Notes: a model not told the origin generated them from the letters alone. DNA of 64,000 bases from an uncultured Planctomycetales bacterium (GCA_963821085.1 CAWGCE010000007.1:344328-408327), one strand, 5' to 3'. Counted from the first letter of the stretch, positions 30,117 to 41,557 are shown. Translations and numbers: made by a program.

Positions 30117-31819
30117 ATGACGAAGCACAAATTTGGCGGGGTGATTCATACGTATCAGCGATATGATGCGAAGCGGTTTCCCAGTCCCACTCAGCCACCG
30201 CCCGATCTGGTTTCGGGCGCGTTTGATCATCTGTTGGCGTTTGGCGAGTTCTTACGAGTTGACCGAGGAGCAACTGGCTCGCGCCATTCGCATCGATCCC
30301 GGCCAGATCGCCGGGTTTGGGCCGAGTATCGATGCGCTGATCGCGATGTTGCTGGAGCGGAAGCGAAAGATACTGGAAAAGTACGAGACCGGGCGCTGCT
30401 TGTCGCGATGCGGATGACGCGTTCCAGGAGTCAGCTCGCTCGATTCGTCCGCCGAAGAAGTTCCGTGAGCCGTTCGCAAAGGCGGTCCGTGAAGAGCAAA
30501 TCTACGATCTCGAACGGCTGTGGTATCGCGAGCGAAGCGATAATTCGAAGTTTGCTCGCGAGCTGGTGCAGCTCATCGAGCGGCTGGGCGAAAAGTACGA
30601 AGCTGATGAGTTGGCGGCAAAGTACGACTTCACCGGGAGGACTCCAATGGGAGTCCCCGAGGCGCTCGCCATCAAGGAAGAGCTGGAGAAGATCGACGAG
30701 CTGCTAAAACAGCTGGAAGAGGCACGCGAGAACGCGCAGATCGGAATCATCGACATGGAGACGCTTGCCGAGTTCGCCGAGCCGGGCGAAATGGAGCAGC
30801 TGTCCTCGCTGCAGCAGCAAATCGCCGATTACGTACGCGACGCAGCCGAGAGGCAAGGGCTCGAGCGAAACGAAGGCACTTATCGGTTGACTCCAGATGC
30901 CTATCGAGTCTTCCAGGGAAAGCTGCTCGAACGAATTTTCAGTCAGCTGGAAGCGTCACGCACGGGCCGTCACCAGGGGCCGATCCAGGGCGAGGGTGCC
31001 GTCGAATTGCAGCAAACCAAGCCGTACGAATTTGGCGATTCGATCACACACATGGACATCCCGCAGTCGTTCATCAATGCCATGGTCCGCGACGGCGGCG
31101 GAGTTGCCGATTCGTTTGAAACAGGAAGATATCGAAATCCATCGGACGCGAAACAATCCCAAATGTGCGACCGTTGTGATCATGGACATGAGCGGCTCGA
31201 TGCGCTACGACGGTCAGTACATGAACGTGAAGCGCATGGCTTTAGCACTCGATGGCCTGATCCGCAGTGAGTACCCGGGTGACTTCCTGCGGTTCATCGA
31301 GATGTATACGTTCGCCAAAATGCGCCGACCGGGTGAAATCATCGATCTGATGCCCAAGCCGGTAACGATCCACGATCCGTGGGTGCGGTTGAAGGCAGAC
31401 ATGAGTCAACGAAGACGTCAGCGAACATCAGATCCATCCGCACTTCACCAACATCCAGCACAGTTTGCAGCTTGCGCGGCAAGCTGTTGGCGACCCAGGA
31501 CACGCCCAATCGCCAAATCATCCTGATCACCGACGGCCTCCCGACAGCTCATTTTGAGAACGAGTGGTTGTACATGCTGTACCCGCCCGATCCGCAAACC
31601 GAAGCGGCCACTATGCGTGAAGCTCTTTTGTGCCAGCGCGACAACATCACGATCAACATGTTTTGCGTTCCGAGTTGGTCTCAAAGCGAAGAAGATATTC
31701 GTTTCGCTCACCGCATGACGGCGGCGACGCAAGGAAGGGCGATCTTTACCGCGGGACGTGATCTGGATCGGTTCGTGATCTGGGATTATGTTTCGCAGAA
31801 GCGCGAGATCTTGGGTTAG
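30117..31819 (+). pseudogene. VWA-domain protein (partner of the upstream AAA+ ATPase) with five +1 frame shifts
   Basis: Coherent protein segments hop frames 0>1>2>0>1>2, near 30250, 30397, 31095, 31410 and 31472. The MIDAS-type motif VVIMDMSGSM and QIILITDGLPTAH identify the VWA fold. Confidence 0.8.
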
Positions 31820-31829
31820 GAAGGCATCG

Positions 31830-31861
31830 GGCGGCAGGCGGCAGGCAACAGAGATTGTTGC
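31830..31861. repeat. short heptamer-repeat relative (GGCGGCA GGCGGCA GGCAACA) ending in a small hairpin
   Basis: The three units start 11 nt after the VWA stop. GCAACA-gagat-TGTTGC forms a 6-bp hairpin. Confidence 0.45.
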
Positions 31862-31883
31862 ATTGAGTCAGTGTGGGGTGGGC

Positions 31884-32186
31884 TCAAGCATCTTCACGCG
31901 GAACGCGGTGTTGACGATTGCGTCGAGCGCCCGTTCCTTTGCCGTGCCGTTTCAGCTGGCGGAATTCGTCTTTCATGACGGCTCGGAGTCCAAGACAGCC
32001 GACCAGCAAGACCACATCGACAAAGAGGAGCACGCCGGTGACCAAGCCGGCGATCAGCAAAGCTCGTGCGACGTCAACGTCACCGAGGGCCCGGAAAAGC
32101 GATCCGGCGCCCAGTAAGCCCACCAAGAGGATGAGCAGGAGTGGAAGCGCAAACACGAGAATTCGCAGCGGGCGGCGGAGGATCAT
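31884..32186 (-). CDS. small membrane protein (hypothetical)
   Basis: MILRRPLRILVFALPLLLILLVGLLGAGSLF plus a second TM helix. Confidence 0.4.
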   Translation of the reverse strand: MILRRPLRILVFALPLLLILLVGLLGAGSLFRALGDVDVARALLIAGLVTGVLLFVDVVLLVGCLGLRAVMKDEFRQLKRHGKGTGARRNRQHRVPREDA

Positions 32187-32620
32187 GGGCAAGGCCTTCT
32201 TGGGTGATAACCCGCATTGTCCCGACAGGACGGTGGAAGTCAAACAGCGATTTGTTCATTCACACGTTTTGAAGGCCACGAAGCAGCCAGACAACCGCGA
32301 TGGCTTTGTTCTCTGCCTTCTCTCCGCCCGCCTCACGGCAACCGACGCTTCATGGTCCCTTTCACATGGCCCGGATAGCCAGTCTTGGCCAAGCCTGAGG
32401 ACGAAATCCGAGTCCCCACCCGCCGAGTCCGTGTACGAACTGGCAATTTGTCTCATTTGCACGGCAATACGGTGATTTGATAATTCTTTGGGATTCTGTG
32501 CATCCGATTGCGTCCGGCCGGCGAAACCTCTTACAAGCGATCGCAATCTATTATTGGCCGACTCGCAAATCGAACGGCCGACTCAAGAAAATCCCTCACA
32601 GAACGTATTTGGAGAAATAA

Positions 32621-33370
32621 ATGCTAGTTCGCATCAAACAACTCATCGCCGCTATCACGCTGATGGCGTTCGCCGCTTCGACCGGCTCCGCCAAAGACAT
32701 CGTCGACACCGCCGTCGGCGCTGGCAGTTTCACCACGCTGGTCGCCGCCGTCCAGGCAGCTGGACTCGTGGACACATTGAAGGGAGACGGTCCGTTTACC
32801 GTTTTCGCTCCGACGGATGAAGCTTTCGCGAAGTTACCCGCAGGAACGGTGGAAACTCTGTTGAAGCCGGAAAACAAGCAGCAGTTGGCTGATATCCTCA
32901 CCTACCACGTCGTATCGGGCAAAGTTCTGGCGAAAGATGTTGTTGGTTTGACGGAAGCCACTTCCGTTCAGGGCGGCAAAATTGGCATCGCGGTGGTTGA
33001 TGGGGCGGTTAAGTTGAATGGCGACTCGACCGTCGTCAAAACTGACATCGAGTGCGACAATGGCGTGATCCACGTGATCGACGCGGTCATTCTGCCCCCG
33101 AAAAAAGAAGCTCGTGTCAGCCCGCAGCACATTATTCAGCAAGCGGTCGCCCAAGGGGCTCCGATGTACAACGCTGGTCATATCGACGGCTGCTGCACGA
33201 CCTACACCAATGCGATTTCCACTTTGATGAACGAGTATGGTCGTGAAATGCCAGTCTCGATCCGCTCGCACCTGCAGACTTCGCTAAACAACGCGAACTC
33301 ATTACAATGCTCGGATAGTCGAGCATGGGCTTTGCGTCGAGCTCTGGATCAGGCTTACACCGCCATGTAG
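32621..33370 (+). CDS. fasciclin (FAS1) domain protein with extra C-terminal domain
   Basis: Signal peptide, then [23 protein letters not shown]...[14 protein letters not shown]...[13 protein letters not shown]. Confidence 0.85.
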   Translation: MLVRIKQLIAAITLMAFAASTGSAKDIVDTAVGAGSFTTLVAAVQAAGLVDTLKGDGPFTVFAPTDEAFAKLPAGTVETLLKPENKQQLADILTYHVVSGKVLAKDVVGLTEATSVQGGKIGIAVVDGAVKLNGDSTVVKTDIECDNGVIHVIDAVILPPKKEARVSPQHIIQQAVAQGAPMYNAGHIDGCCTTYTNAISTLMNEYGREMPVSIRSHLQTSLNNANSLQCSDSRAWALRRALDQAYTAM

Positions 33371-33398
33371 TCTGCCTGGTCTGATAGAAACAACTCGA

Positions 33399-33431
33399 AG
33401 CCACGAGATTCCGAGTTGGAATCTCGTGGCT
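33399..33431 (+). terminator. 14-bp stem hairpin after the fasciclin gene
   Basis: AGCCACGAGATTCC-gagtt-GGAATCTCGTGGCT. There is no clear T run. Confidence 0.55.
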
Positions 33432-33458
33432 GGCTTCGTGGTACTTCGGGGAAGATGA

Positions 33459-34012
33459 GTGGCTGAACCTATCCTTCAGCAAGTCGCGGCGAACCAGCCA
33501 GCGGCGATGGACGAGTGTCTGACACGCTACGGCGGGTTGGTCTGGAACATCGTCTTGCGCCGTTGCGCAACCGATCGGACGCTGAAGACACCGTGCAGGA
33601 GGTTTTCCTTGACATTTGGAAGAGCGCCCATCGGTTCGATCCGAAGGTCGCCAAGGAATCAACGTTTATTGCGATGGTAACGCGGCGACGACTGATCGAC
33701 AAATTCCGTCGCGATGGTCGAACCGTTGGGACAGGATCCATTTCGGAGGGTAACGAGCCAGCTGCGGAGAATGTGTCGTCGGTTGAGGTCAGTGATGAAG
33801 CTCAACGCGTACGTCAGATGATGGAAAAGCTGAGCATTGAAGAACAATTGGTGCTTAAGCTCGCCATCGACAACGGCATGTCGCAGAACCAGATCGCCGA
33901 GGAAACGCAACTGCCGCTGGGGTCGGTCAAGTCGCATGCCCGGCGTGGCATGTTAAAGCTGAGAACGTTACTGGGCGTTTTGCCGACAACAATGAAAGGA
34001 GGCGTTCGATGA
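33459..34012 (+). pseudogene. ECF-type sigma-70 family sigma factor, N-terminal region in a different frame
   Basis: AAMDECLTRYGGLVWNIVLRRC (pre-region 2) lies in frame 0. DAEDTVQEVFLDIWKSAHRFDP (region 2) and the region-4 helix-turn-helix (MSQNQIAEETQLPLGSVKSHARRG) lie in frame -1. The junction is near 33558-33570. Confidence 0.75.
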
Positions 34013-34824
34013 ACGATCGATCAACTGATCACGACCGCTTGCTGGAATTGTTGGCTGACCAGTCCCTGTTCGGGTTGGAGTCGAACGAGCAAGCTGAACT
34101 TGAACGCCTTGCTGCAGCGCATCCCGATGCGAGGCTCGATCAAATGGATCAGGTAGCTGCACTGGTCGAGCTGTCGGTTGTGGCAACGAATGAAACCTTG
34201 CCCGCACACGTCTTGCGTAAAATTCAGGCCGCGTTGCCAGTCGCCGCTGTACAGAAAGGAAACGAGACGAAGGTTGCCAGGCATCCGGTCGAACGAGCCC
34301 CGATTTCCTGGTGGAATTCCGTTCCGAACTGGACCGGTTGGGCGACGGCGGCAGCACTATTGGTGGCGTTATTGTTCAACCCGCCTGCGAAGCCGACAAC
34401 TCCCACCCCATCGACCGTCAGCGATGTCGCCGCATCCCGTGAAGCGTTGCTGGCAGCAGCGACCGATTTGGTGCAGGTTGAGTGGTCGGCGACGGGCGAC
34501 GATTCCGGACCGGAGGCAACGGGCGACGTGGTGTGGAGCAATGAAGCTCAACAGGGGTTCATGCGGTTTACCGGTTTGGCTGCCAACGACCCGTCTGCCA
34601 ACCAATACCAGCTATGGATTTTCGATGCCGAGCAGGATGAGAAGTATCCGATCGACGGAGGGGTTTTCAATATCCCGGCCGGTGCGGATGGAGTGATCAT
34701 TCCCATCGAGGCAAAGATCGCCGTTGCGAATCCAACCATGTTCGCGATCACCGTCGAGAAACCGGGCGGTGTCGTCGTGTCGAGTCGCGAGCGTCTTCCA
34801 CTGTTGGCAAAAGTCAGTAGCTAG
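34009..34824 (+). CDS. anti-sigma factor, RskA-like C-terminal domain
   Basis: ATGA overlap with the sigma gene. One central TM helix. C-terminal YQLWIFDAE...PTMFAITVEKPGGVVVSS is typical of the anti-sigma-K (RskA) domain. Confidence 0.8.
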   Translation: MNDRSTDHDRLLELLADQSLFGLESNEQAELERLAAAHPDARLDQMDQVAALVELSVVATNETLPAHVLRKIQAALPVAAVQKGNETKVARHPVERAPISWWNSVPNWTGWATAAALLVALLFNPPAKPTTPTPSTVSDVAASREALLAAATDLVQVEWSATGDDSGPEATGDVVWSNEAQQGFMRFTGLAANDPSANQYQLWIFDAEQDEKYPIDGGVFNIPAGADGVIIPIEAKIAVANPTMFAITVEKPGGVVVSSRERLPLLAKVSS

Positions 34825-35117
34825 TCAGCCATTCTTTTGCACCGCAATTCACTGCGACGCAGTTCGAAGATGGGCAAAACAGCTAGGTCCGTCAGCTCGA
34901 TTGACCTACAATCACCGTCGGAACCACAATAGCGGTTTCTTCTGGAGTCGCAGGAACGAATCGAACCATGTCCTGCGCGATGTTCGTACGCTCATGCGAG
35001 AGGGTCAGGTACATGTTTTCGGCCATCGCTTATTGCTTTAGTCCAAGCTCGTCGAAAAACATGCCAGACCTCCAGCCTGCGCGTTATCCATGTCCTGGGC
35101 GTTCAAGGCAACCGGCC

Positions 35118-37571
35118 ATGAACTGCACCGTGGCAATCATCATCGCCATGTCGACTGCCACCCTGTTTGCTGCTCGCTGTCCGGCAGAGACATTCACGCT
35201 GAAGAACGGGATGGAGGTGAGCGGGTCTCCCATCAGGCTTAGCAGCTTCGGGACCGACATGTTTTCCGGAACGGGTGGCGGCGGAGTCGACGTGAAACCC
35301 ATCTTCATGGTCGACGATGGGTTGCGACGGACCTACTTTTCGACGTACCAAAAAGAATCCATGAGGGTCGATATTGAATCGCCCGAAATCATCAAACTAA
35401 AACAGCCGATCGCTCGTAAAGGGCCAATCGTTGGAGGCTTGGGTCCGTACTTCAAAAGCCCAACTCCCTTCGATGACTTCGGACGTCGGACAGTTTTCCT
35501 GAATACGGTTCAGGGGCGTCTGGAGTGCATCCAGGGGATTACGGAAATCACGCCGTTGTACACGCGGGCGCAAGGTTTGCAGGCCGATCGGTCTTACGTG
35601 TGGGATACGCGAATAGCGACCAGTTCGATCCCGCGGGAAACACTCTCACGCATACTGCGTAGCCACCTATCGGCCAACGAGAGCAATGATCGACTGAGCA
35701 TCGTCCGATTGTATCTCCAATCACAGCGATATGGCGACGCGGAAAAGGAACTGCAGGGGGCGATCAAGGACTTTCCGGACTTGAAAGACCTGTCGAATCA
35801 ATTGCGTGAACTGCAGCAGTTGCATGCCAAGCAGCGATTGGACGAAATCAAGATTCGCAGGGCGGCCGGCCAGCATGCGTTAGCGCTGAACCTGTTGCAA
35901 AACTTCCCGGAAAAAGACGTCGCCGGCGAATTGTTGTTGCAGGTGCGTGAGCTTTCGGACGAGTACGCCAAGTCGAAGGCCAATGCCGACCATGCCTTCG
36001 ACCTGTTTAACGCGCAGTTGGACGATCAGCCCGACGGGGCTCGAAAAGAGAAACTCCTCGCGTTCCGCGAGGAGTTGGCGGGGGACCTGGGCTTCGACAC
36101 GATGGATCGACTCGTCAGCTACTTGCGATTGTCGGATGACCCCGATTTGACCAGCGAACAGAAACTGTCTCTCGCCGTCAGCCGCTGGATCCTGGGAACG
36201 GATGGGACCGAAAACCTGGCCGTATCGCTGTCACTGTTGCGGACGCGTGAATTGGTTCGCCGATACCTGACGAGTGAACTGGAATCGGAAAGACAGCGGA
36301 TTCTGGTTTCAATGCGCAGCGAAGAGGCTGCATCACCCAGGTATGTGGCGAAGATGCTGTCCGCGATGCGCCCTGTCGCGGACGTTACTCTGTTTGCCGA
36401 TCAGGAGAATGATCTGGAAGAAGAAGGCGAGGCCAACCGTGAAGAACGTGAGCCAGTGGAAGGTGTGGTGAGTGCCGCCGAAAGTCTGCTCCCGGGAATG
36501 CATGAGTTTTTCGTTCCGGGAATGCGGGAGGGCGAACAGCTACGTTATGTGGCTCAAGTCCCCCCCGAATACCACTCCTACAAACGATACCCGGCGATTG
36601 TGACGTTGCATGGTGCCGGCTCGAGCCCAGAACGGCAGCTGGATTGGTGGGTGGGTAATTACAACCCCCAGTTGAAAATGCGGATGGGGCAGGCATCTCG
36701 CAAGGGATATATCGTGATCGCTCCCGCGTGGAATATGGAACCAAGGCAGCGAAAGTACAAATATTCGGTTCCGGAGCATGCCGCAGTGTTGGCCTCCTTG
36801 CGAGATGCCATGCGGCGATTTTCCATCGACTCGGACCGAGTCTACCTTTCTGGACATTCGCTGGGCGGTGACGCCGCCTGGGATATTGGGTTGGCTCATC
36901 CTGACCTTTGGGCTGGAGTTCTGTTGGTCGGTGCCAGCGCTATCTACGGCGACAGGGACGCGCCCAAGTATGTTAGCCAGTATTGGGAAAACGCTCGTAA
37001 CCTACCCATTATGTTGGTCATGGGAGCGCTCGACGTGGCCCGGGTAGCAGCCAATCAGCGTGAGTTGAATCGCTACTTGACGCGGAAAGATTTTGACACG
37101 TTGGTCGTCGAGTACCGCGGTCGCGGTCACGAGCACTTCCAGGATGAAATTCACCGAATGTTTGACTGGATGAAACTCCATCAACGAGATTTTTTTCCCC
37201 GTGAGTTCGAAGCGTCTTCGATGAGGCCCTGGGACAACTTCTTCTGGTGGCTGGAAATCGACGGATTACCCGAGCGGTCGATCGTGCTACCAAGCGGCGA
37301 TTGGCCAAAGTCCAAGCGTCCGATGAAGATCAGCGCCTCGGCCCGTGAAAAACAAACACTATCCGTGAAGGCGGGCTCTGATCGAGCTACGTTGTGGTTG
37401 TCACCGGAGCTGGTCGATCTGGATCAGCGCGTAACGGTCAAGTGGAACGGTGCGAGTCGGAAGGCGCACGAAATCTCGCCCGATATTGCAGTCATGCTGG
37501 AAGACGTCCGCCGGCGGGGCGACCGCCAGCACCCCTTTTGGGCCAAAATCCAGGTTGGCAAGCCGCTATAG
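35118..37571 (+). CDS. secreted large protein with helical-repeat middle region and C-terminal alpha/beta-hydrolase (esterase/peptidase-like) domain
   Basis: Signal MNCTVAIIIAMSTATLFAA. The C-terminal part has VTLHGAGSSPE and the nucleophile elbow GHSLGG. The ORF opens at 34968. Confidence 0.7.
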   Translation: MNCTVAIIIAMSTATLFAARCPAETFTLKNGMEVSGSPIRLSSFGTDMFSGTGGGGVDVKPIFMVDDGLRRTYFSTYQKESMRVDIESPEIIKLKQPIARKGPIVGGLGPYFKSPTPFDDFGRRTVFLNTVQGRLECIQGITEITPLYTRAQGLQADRSYVWDTRIATSSIPRETLSRILRSHLSANESNDRLSIVRLYLQSQRYGDAEKELQGAIKDFPDLKDLSNQLRELQQLHAKQRLDEIKIRRAAGQHALALNLLQNFPEKDVAGELLLQVRELSDEYAKSKANADHAFDLFNAQLDDQPDGARKEKLLAFREELAGDLGFDTMDRLVSYLRLSDDPDLTSEQKLSLAVSRWILGTDGTENLAVSLSLLRTRELVRRYLTSELESERQRILVSMRSEEAASPRYVAKMLSAMRPVADVTLFADQENDLEEEGEANREEREPVEGVVSAAESLLPGMHEFFVPGMREGEQLRYVAQVPPEYHSYKRYPAIVTLHGAGSSPERQLDWWVGNYNPQLKMRMGQASRKGYIVIAPAWNMEPRQRKYKYSVPEHAAVLASLRDAMRRFSIDSDRVYLSGHSLGGDAAWDIGLAHPDLWAGVLLVGASAIYGDRDAPKYVSQYWENARNLPIMLVMGALDVARVAANQRELNRYLTRKDFDTLVVEYRGRGHEHFQDEIHRMFDWMKLHQRDFFPREFEASSMRPWDNFFWWLEIDGLPERSIVLPSGDWPKSKRPMKISASAREKQTLSVKAGSDRATLWLSPELVDLDQRVTVKWNGASRKAHEISPDIAVMLEDVRRRGDRQHPFWAKIQVGKPL

Positions 37572-37634
37572 GCCCAAAGTGGATGGTGCCGTCGTCTTGC
37601 GACACGCCGGCAGTCTCGCTCCACGATTACAAAA

Positions 37635-37662
37635 AGAGCCGGCCCTGTTCAAGGCCGGCTCT
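37635..37662. terminator. bidirectional hairpin between convergent genes
   Basis: AGAGCCGGCC-ctgttcaa-GGCCGGCTCT, preceded by AAAAA. Confidence 0.65.
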
Positions 37663-37686
37663 TGAGCAGTTCCGTGAATCGGCTTC

Positions 37687-39734
37687 CTATTGTTCGACCG
37701 TCGCGTCGGCATCTTCCTTTTCGGCCGTCGTGATCGTCTCGCGGTCGCGGTTGGCAGCATTGCCGACTTTGGCGCCCTTGTTTTCAACTGCGACGCCCGA
37801 AATGTACCAGCCTTCCGCTTCGGGCCGGCAGTAGATTCCCAACGGGCCGAGATGTTTTTGAATCTGGGCAAACGGCGGCAGTTTTGAACCGTCGATCTCC
37901 TGTTCCCGCGTGATGTCCTTGTCCTTGGGCGCCAACGTAGCGTTCAATAGCCGCCCCATCAGCCCTTCCGATTCAGGCATCTTGCCAGACCGGATCAGCT
38001 CGTAACTCGTGCGAAACTCGCGGTCTGCACGGGTAAACAGCCGGAGGCAGTTCTTGTTGTCGTCGCCAACCTCACTCAGATAGTCCATGATCGCCGTGTA
38101 ATCAGCTTCGCCCGACAAATCGGTTTCGTCCGGCTTTCTCTCGATCATCTCGATAACCAGATCGGTGTGCGAGGCGATGACCAGGTAGTCCTTGACGACC
38201 GAGATGGCCGCATTCGACCACAGAGCCTGCAATGCATTCGAATCGTCACCAAAATCGTCTTCGTAGGACGGAATATCGCCGAATTCACCGGCACCTTCAA
38301 TCGCGAGTTCGACCGACTCGCTATCTTCGTTGATGATTTCCCAGATCATGTGGTCGCCGTGTTGCATCGGACGAGCGTCCGGATCGGTCTCCAACGCCTT
38401 CTTGATACTGGCGTCCATCGCTGCTGCGTCTGTCAATTCGATCGCTAACAGCATTCGTTCACTTGTCGGTGAAACCGGCAATTGGGCATCCGTGAACGCC
38501 ACGACATGTTGTCCGAGATGAGCTACCAGGTCCTTCTTGATATCGATTTGGGGGCCATTGGGATCATTCTTGAGGCTGTCGATCAGATCATCGAAGAAGC
38601 CTTCTTCGCCGGCAATCTCGTCAACCAGCGTGTCAACAAAGTCGAAGGATTTCTTGATGTCCCACGCTACCGCCACGAACGAGCTGATGTCGTCAGGGAC
38701 GAAATTGGGAACATCCAGCGGGTCGGCGACCGATTGGGCCAACACTCGCGCTGCAAGTTTGTACTTGTCTTCATCATCTTTTGCCACCGGCGGCGCGTAG
38801 ACAAACGCATTTTGCACAATCTCATACTTCTCAGTTCCAAACGTGATCAACCCGGCAGCGCCACGAATCGCGTCAAAGCCCTGGGCTTTCATTGCGGCCG
38901 TCATGTCGGTCCGCTTTCGTTTCTTATTCGCGGCCGCAGCGTCACGTACGACTTCGGCATATCCGATCGGATCAACAAACCACTGGACATGCGGCTTCGC
39001 GACAGCTTCGGTGTCCGCGGTGTCCTTTCTCAGCAGTTGATTTGCTTCTTCGCGGCAGCGAACCATTGGTTCGTGAAACGATTTGACTTCTGATAGTGTA
39101 TTTCCCCTGTCGTTGACGAGTTTCTCAATCAACTGTTGAGCAACATCTTCGTGGTCGGTGGCGAATAACTGGTCGTCATGGCTGAACAGGTATGCGAAAA
39201 ACGTCTTTTTTGCCAGTTTCTTGATCGGCACCTCGTACTTCGTCACCTGGATTCCGCCCAGGTTGGCCACCGACTTGGTAGCTGCACGATTGGTCATGGC
39301 CTCGGCGACCTTCGCTTCCAATGCTGCGACTTCCTCGTCTTTGCCGGTCGTTTCAGCGATCACCACAACCGCGTGTTTCTGCTTACTGTCGGACGGTTGT
39401 ACGAATGCTACCGAAATCTCTCCAGCGCAAACGTCACGCAATCCGAAATCGAGATTCCCAATCGACCCGATGTGGTCTCGAACCGTTCGTTCAACTGTCT
39501 TTCCAAGTCCTGAATGAAGGGCTTGAACGTCGGATCGTTGATGATCTTGCCGAGTCCGATCGTATCGAAGGCAGATTCCATCTCTTCAACGTCTGGCACC
39601 GAAATGAAAGCCTTGGTCGTGATGGGCAAAAGATCTTCAGCTGGGGTAACCGCTCGCGCAGACTCGAATGAGCCCAACGATACGAGGCTCAGCGAAGATA
39701 AATACTAAACCTGGGTGGCAAGGTACTTTCGCAC
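37687..39734 (-). pseudogene. hypothetical secreted protein with in-frame TAG in the signal peptide and one frameshift
   Basis: AAGGAG-N8-GTG at 39734 opens MRKYLATQV[TAG 39705-39707]YLSSLSLVSLGSFESARA/VTPAEDLL. The frame is then lost near 39435-39480 and continues as the 584-aa ORF 37687-39441. Confidence 0.6.
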
Positions 39735-40078
39735 GTCTCAGCTCCTTCAAGGGCGGAAGCAAAATCTGATGACGGAATTCCATTTCTATAGTCCGACACG
39801 AGATGTATCGGCACTAAAAGCTAACGACAAAAACACCGACGAGCCGGAAAACGAGATTTAAAAGGATAATACGCAACGACGAATCGGCGGTAACGGCGTT
39901 TTTGGGTCAATTTGGGGCGAATAATGAGTATAAATCGACTCACGGAACATCGGAACCTCCGGATTGCGTTGAATTCATTATTAATTTGTCGCCGTCATGA
40001 TAGCACGCTCCCCTCTACATCCTTCGCTGGTTATGAATAATCGCCCACTACGAGTACTCCGGGCGAGGCGACACTTTC

Positions 40079-41479
40079 ATGACTCCGGCCAATCAAGACA
40101 GCAGTCTCAGCTTCGATCCGATCCACCACTACATCGCCTTTTCCAGCGGTGGGACCGATGCATTTACCGAATGTGATTTGATCGACCATCCGTGGGTCCA
40201 GCGGCTGCGCGAGATTCATCAACTGCAGACGGCGTGGTACATTTTTCCCAGTGCAGAACATACGCGATTTCAGCATGTGATCGGGGCCATGCATCTGGGC
40301 AGTGTGGTCACGGTAAAACTGTACGACAGCCTCGCGGCTGTCTGTAGCGAAACGCCCAGCCGCGGATACGTCGAGAGCCTGCTGCGCCTGGCAGGTTTGT
40401 TGCACGACGTCGGCCACGGACCGTACGGACATTTTTTCGATGACCATTTCCTGTCGCATCATGGACTGACGCACGAGTCGTTGGGGGCTCACATTATCGT
40501 CGAGGAATTGGGCGAGATCATTCGCGGTATCCGCCGTAATCCACACGGAAGTCTCGACGACGACGAGCAACTGGATCCGGGGCAAGCTGGCTTGGCTGAT
40601 TCACACGGCCGCAAACCGAACGAATCACCCGACGTCCAACCGCGTTGGCTTTTCTTCCTGCGCAGCCTGCTCTGCGGACTCTACACGATCGACAACATGG
40701 ACTTCGTGCTGCGCGACGCCTACATGGTCGGCTACAGCCAACGATCGTTCGACATCGACCGATTGCTGCATTACACGTTCTTCAGCGAGCAGGGTTTAAC
40801 GATCGCGGATAAGGGAGTCGATGCCTTGATTCGATTCCTTTCGATGCGCGGCGAGATGTTCCGCACCATCTATTTCCATCGTACCGTCCGCGCCATGGAC
40901 CTGGCACTCACCGACCTGTTCCCGGCCAGTCGCGAATACCTGTTCCCCTGGAATCCGATTGAACGGCTGGACGATTACCGCCAGCTGACCGAGTTTTCCT
41001 TGATGAGCGAAGTGCGTTTGTGGAGGCACGGAACAAACGGTGCAAAGCGGGAACTGGGAACCGCGTGGGCTCGTTTACTGGGCCGTCATGTCGCGTGGAA
41101 AATGCTCTGCCAACGCAACCTGATGTTCGCGGAAGGCTCCTCGGAACAAAGCAGCATCTTCAGTGATTCCGAAACCCTGGAAGTCAAGTTGCGCAAGGAA
41201 TTGCCCAAAGATCTACGCGACATCCCGCTCCGCGTGGACATCCCGCGGCACATGTACCGCCCGTACACCCAGGGACCGGCCAGGCAGCAGAACTTCCTGT
41301 TCGACAGTGCTGAACAGCGAGTCCGCCCGCTACACGACAACCATCTGTATCGCTACTTCCCTGTCAGCCATCGATTGTGTCGGATCTATGGTCAATCCAA
41401 AGAGCACGCCAGCGTGGTTTCCAAAGCGATGGACCAGTTGATCGGCCCGATGGCGACCGATGATCTGACAAACCTGTAG
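40079..41479 (+). CDS. HD-domain phosphohydrolase (dNTP triphosphohydrolase/SAMHD1-like)
   Basis: FQHVIGAMHLG and LLHDVGHGPYGHFFD (HD motif), plus DNMDFVLRDAYMVG. Confidence 0.85.
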   Translation: MTPANQDSSLSFDPIHHYIAFSSGGTDAFTECDLIDHPWVQRLREIHQLQTAWYIFPSAEHTRFQHVIGAMHLGSVVTVKLYDSLAAVCSETPSRGYVESLLRLAGLLHDVGHGPYGHFFDDHFLSHHGLTHESLGAHIIVEELGEIIRGIRRNPHGSLDDDEQLDPGQAGLADSHGRKPNESPDVQPRWLFFLRSLLCGLYTIDNMDFVLRDAYMVGYSQRSFDIDRLLHYTFFSEQGLTIADKGVDALIRFLSMRGEMFRTIYFHRTVRAMDLALTDLFPASREYLFPWNPIERLDDYRQLTEFSLMSEVRLWRHGTNGAKRELGTAWARLLGRHVAWKMLCQRNLMFAEGSSEQSSIFSDSETLEVKLRKELPKDLRDIPLRVDIPRHMYRPYTQGPARQQNFLFDSAEQRVRPLHDNHLYRYFPVSHRLCRIYGQSKEHASVVSKAMDQLIGPMATDDLTNL

Positions 41480-41557
41480 ACGGTCGATGGCCGGCAGCCT
41501 TCGTTAACACTCGTCTCGTCCCCTGTGGTGCCAGTTCACGTCGGCTAAAATCAGATT

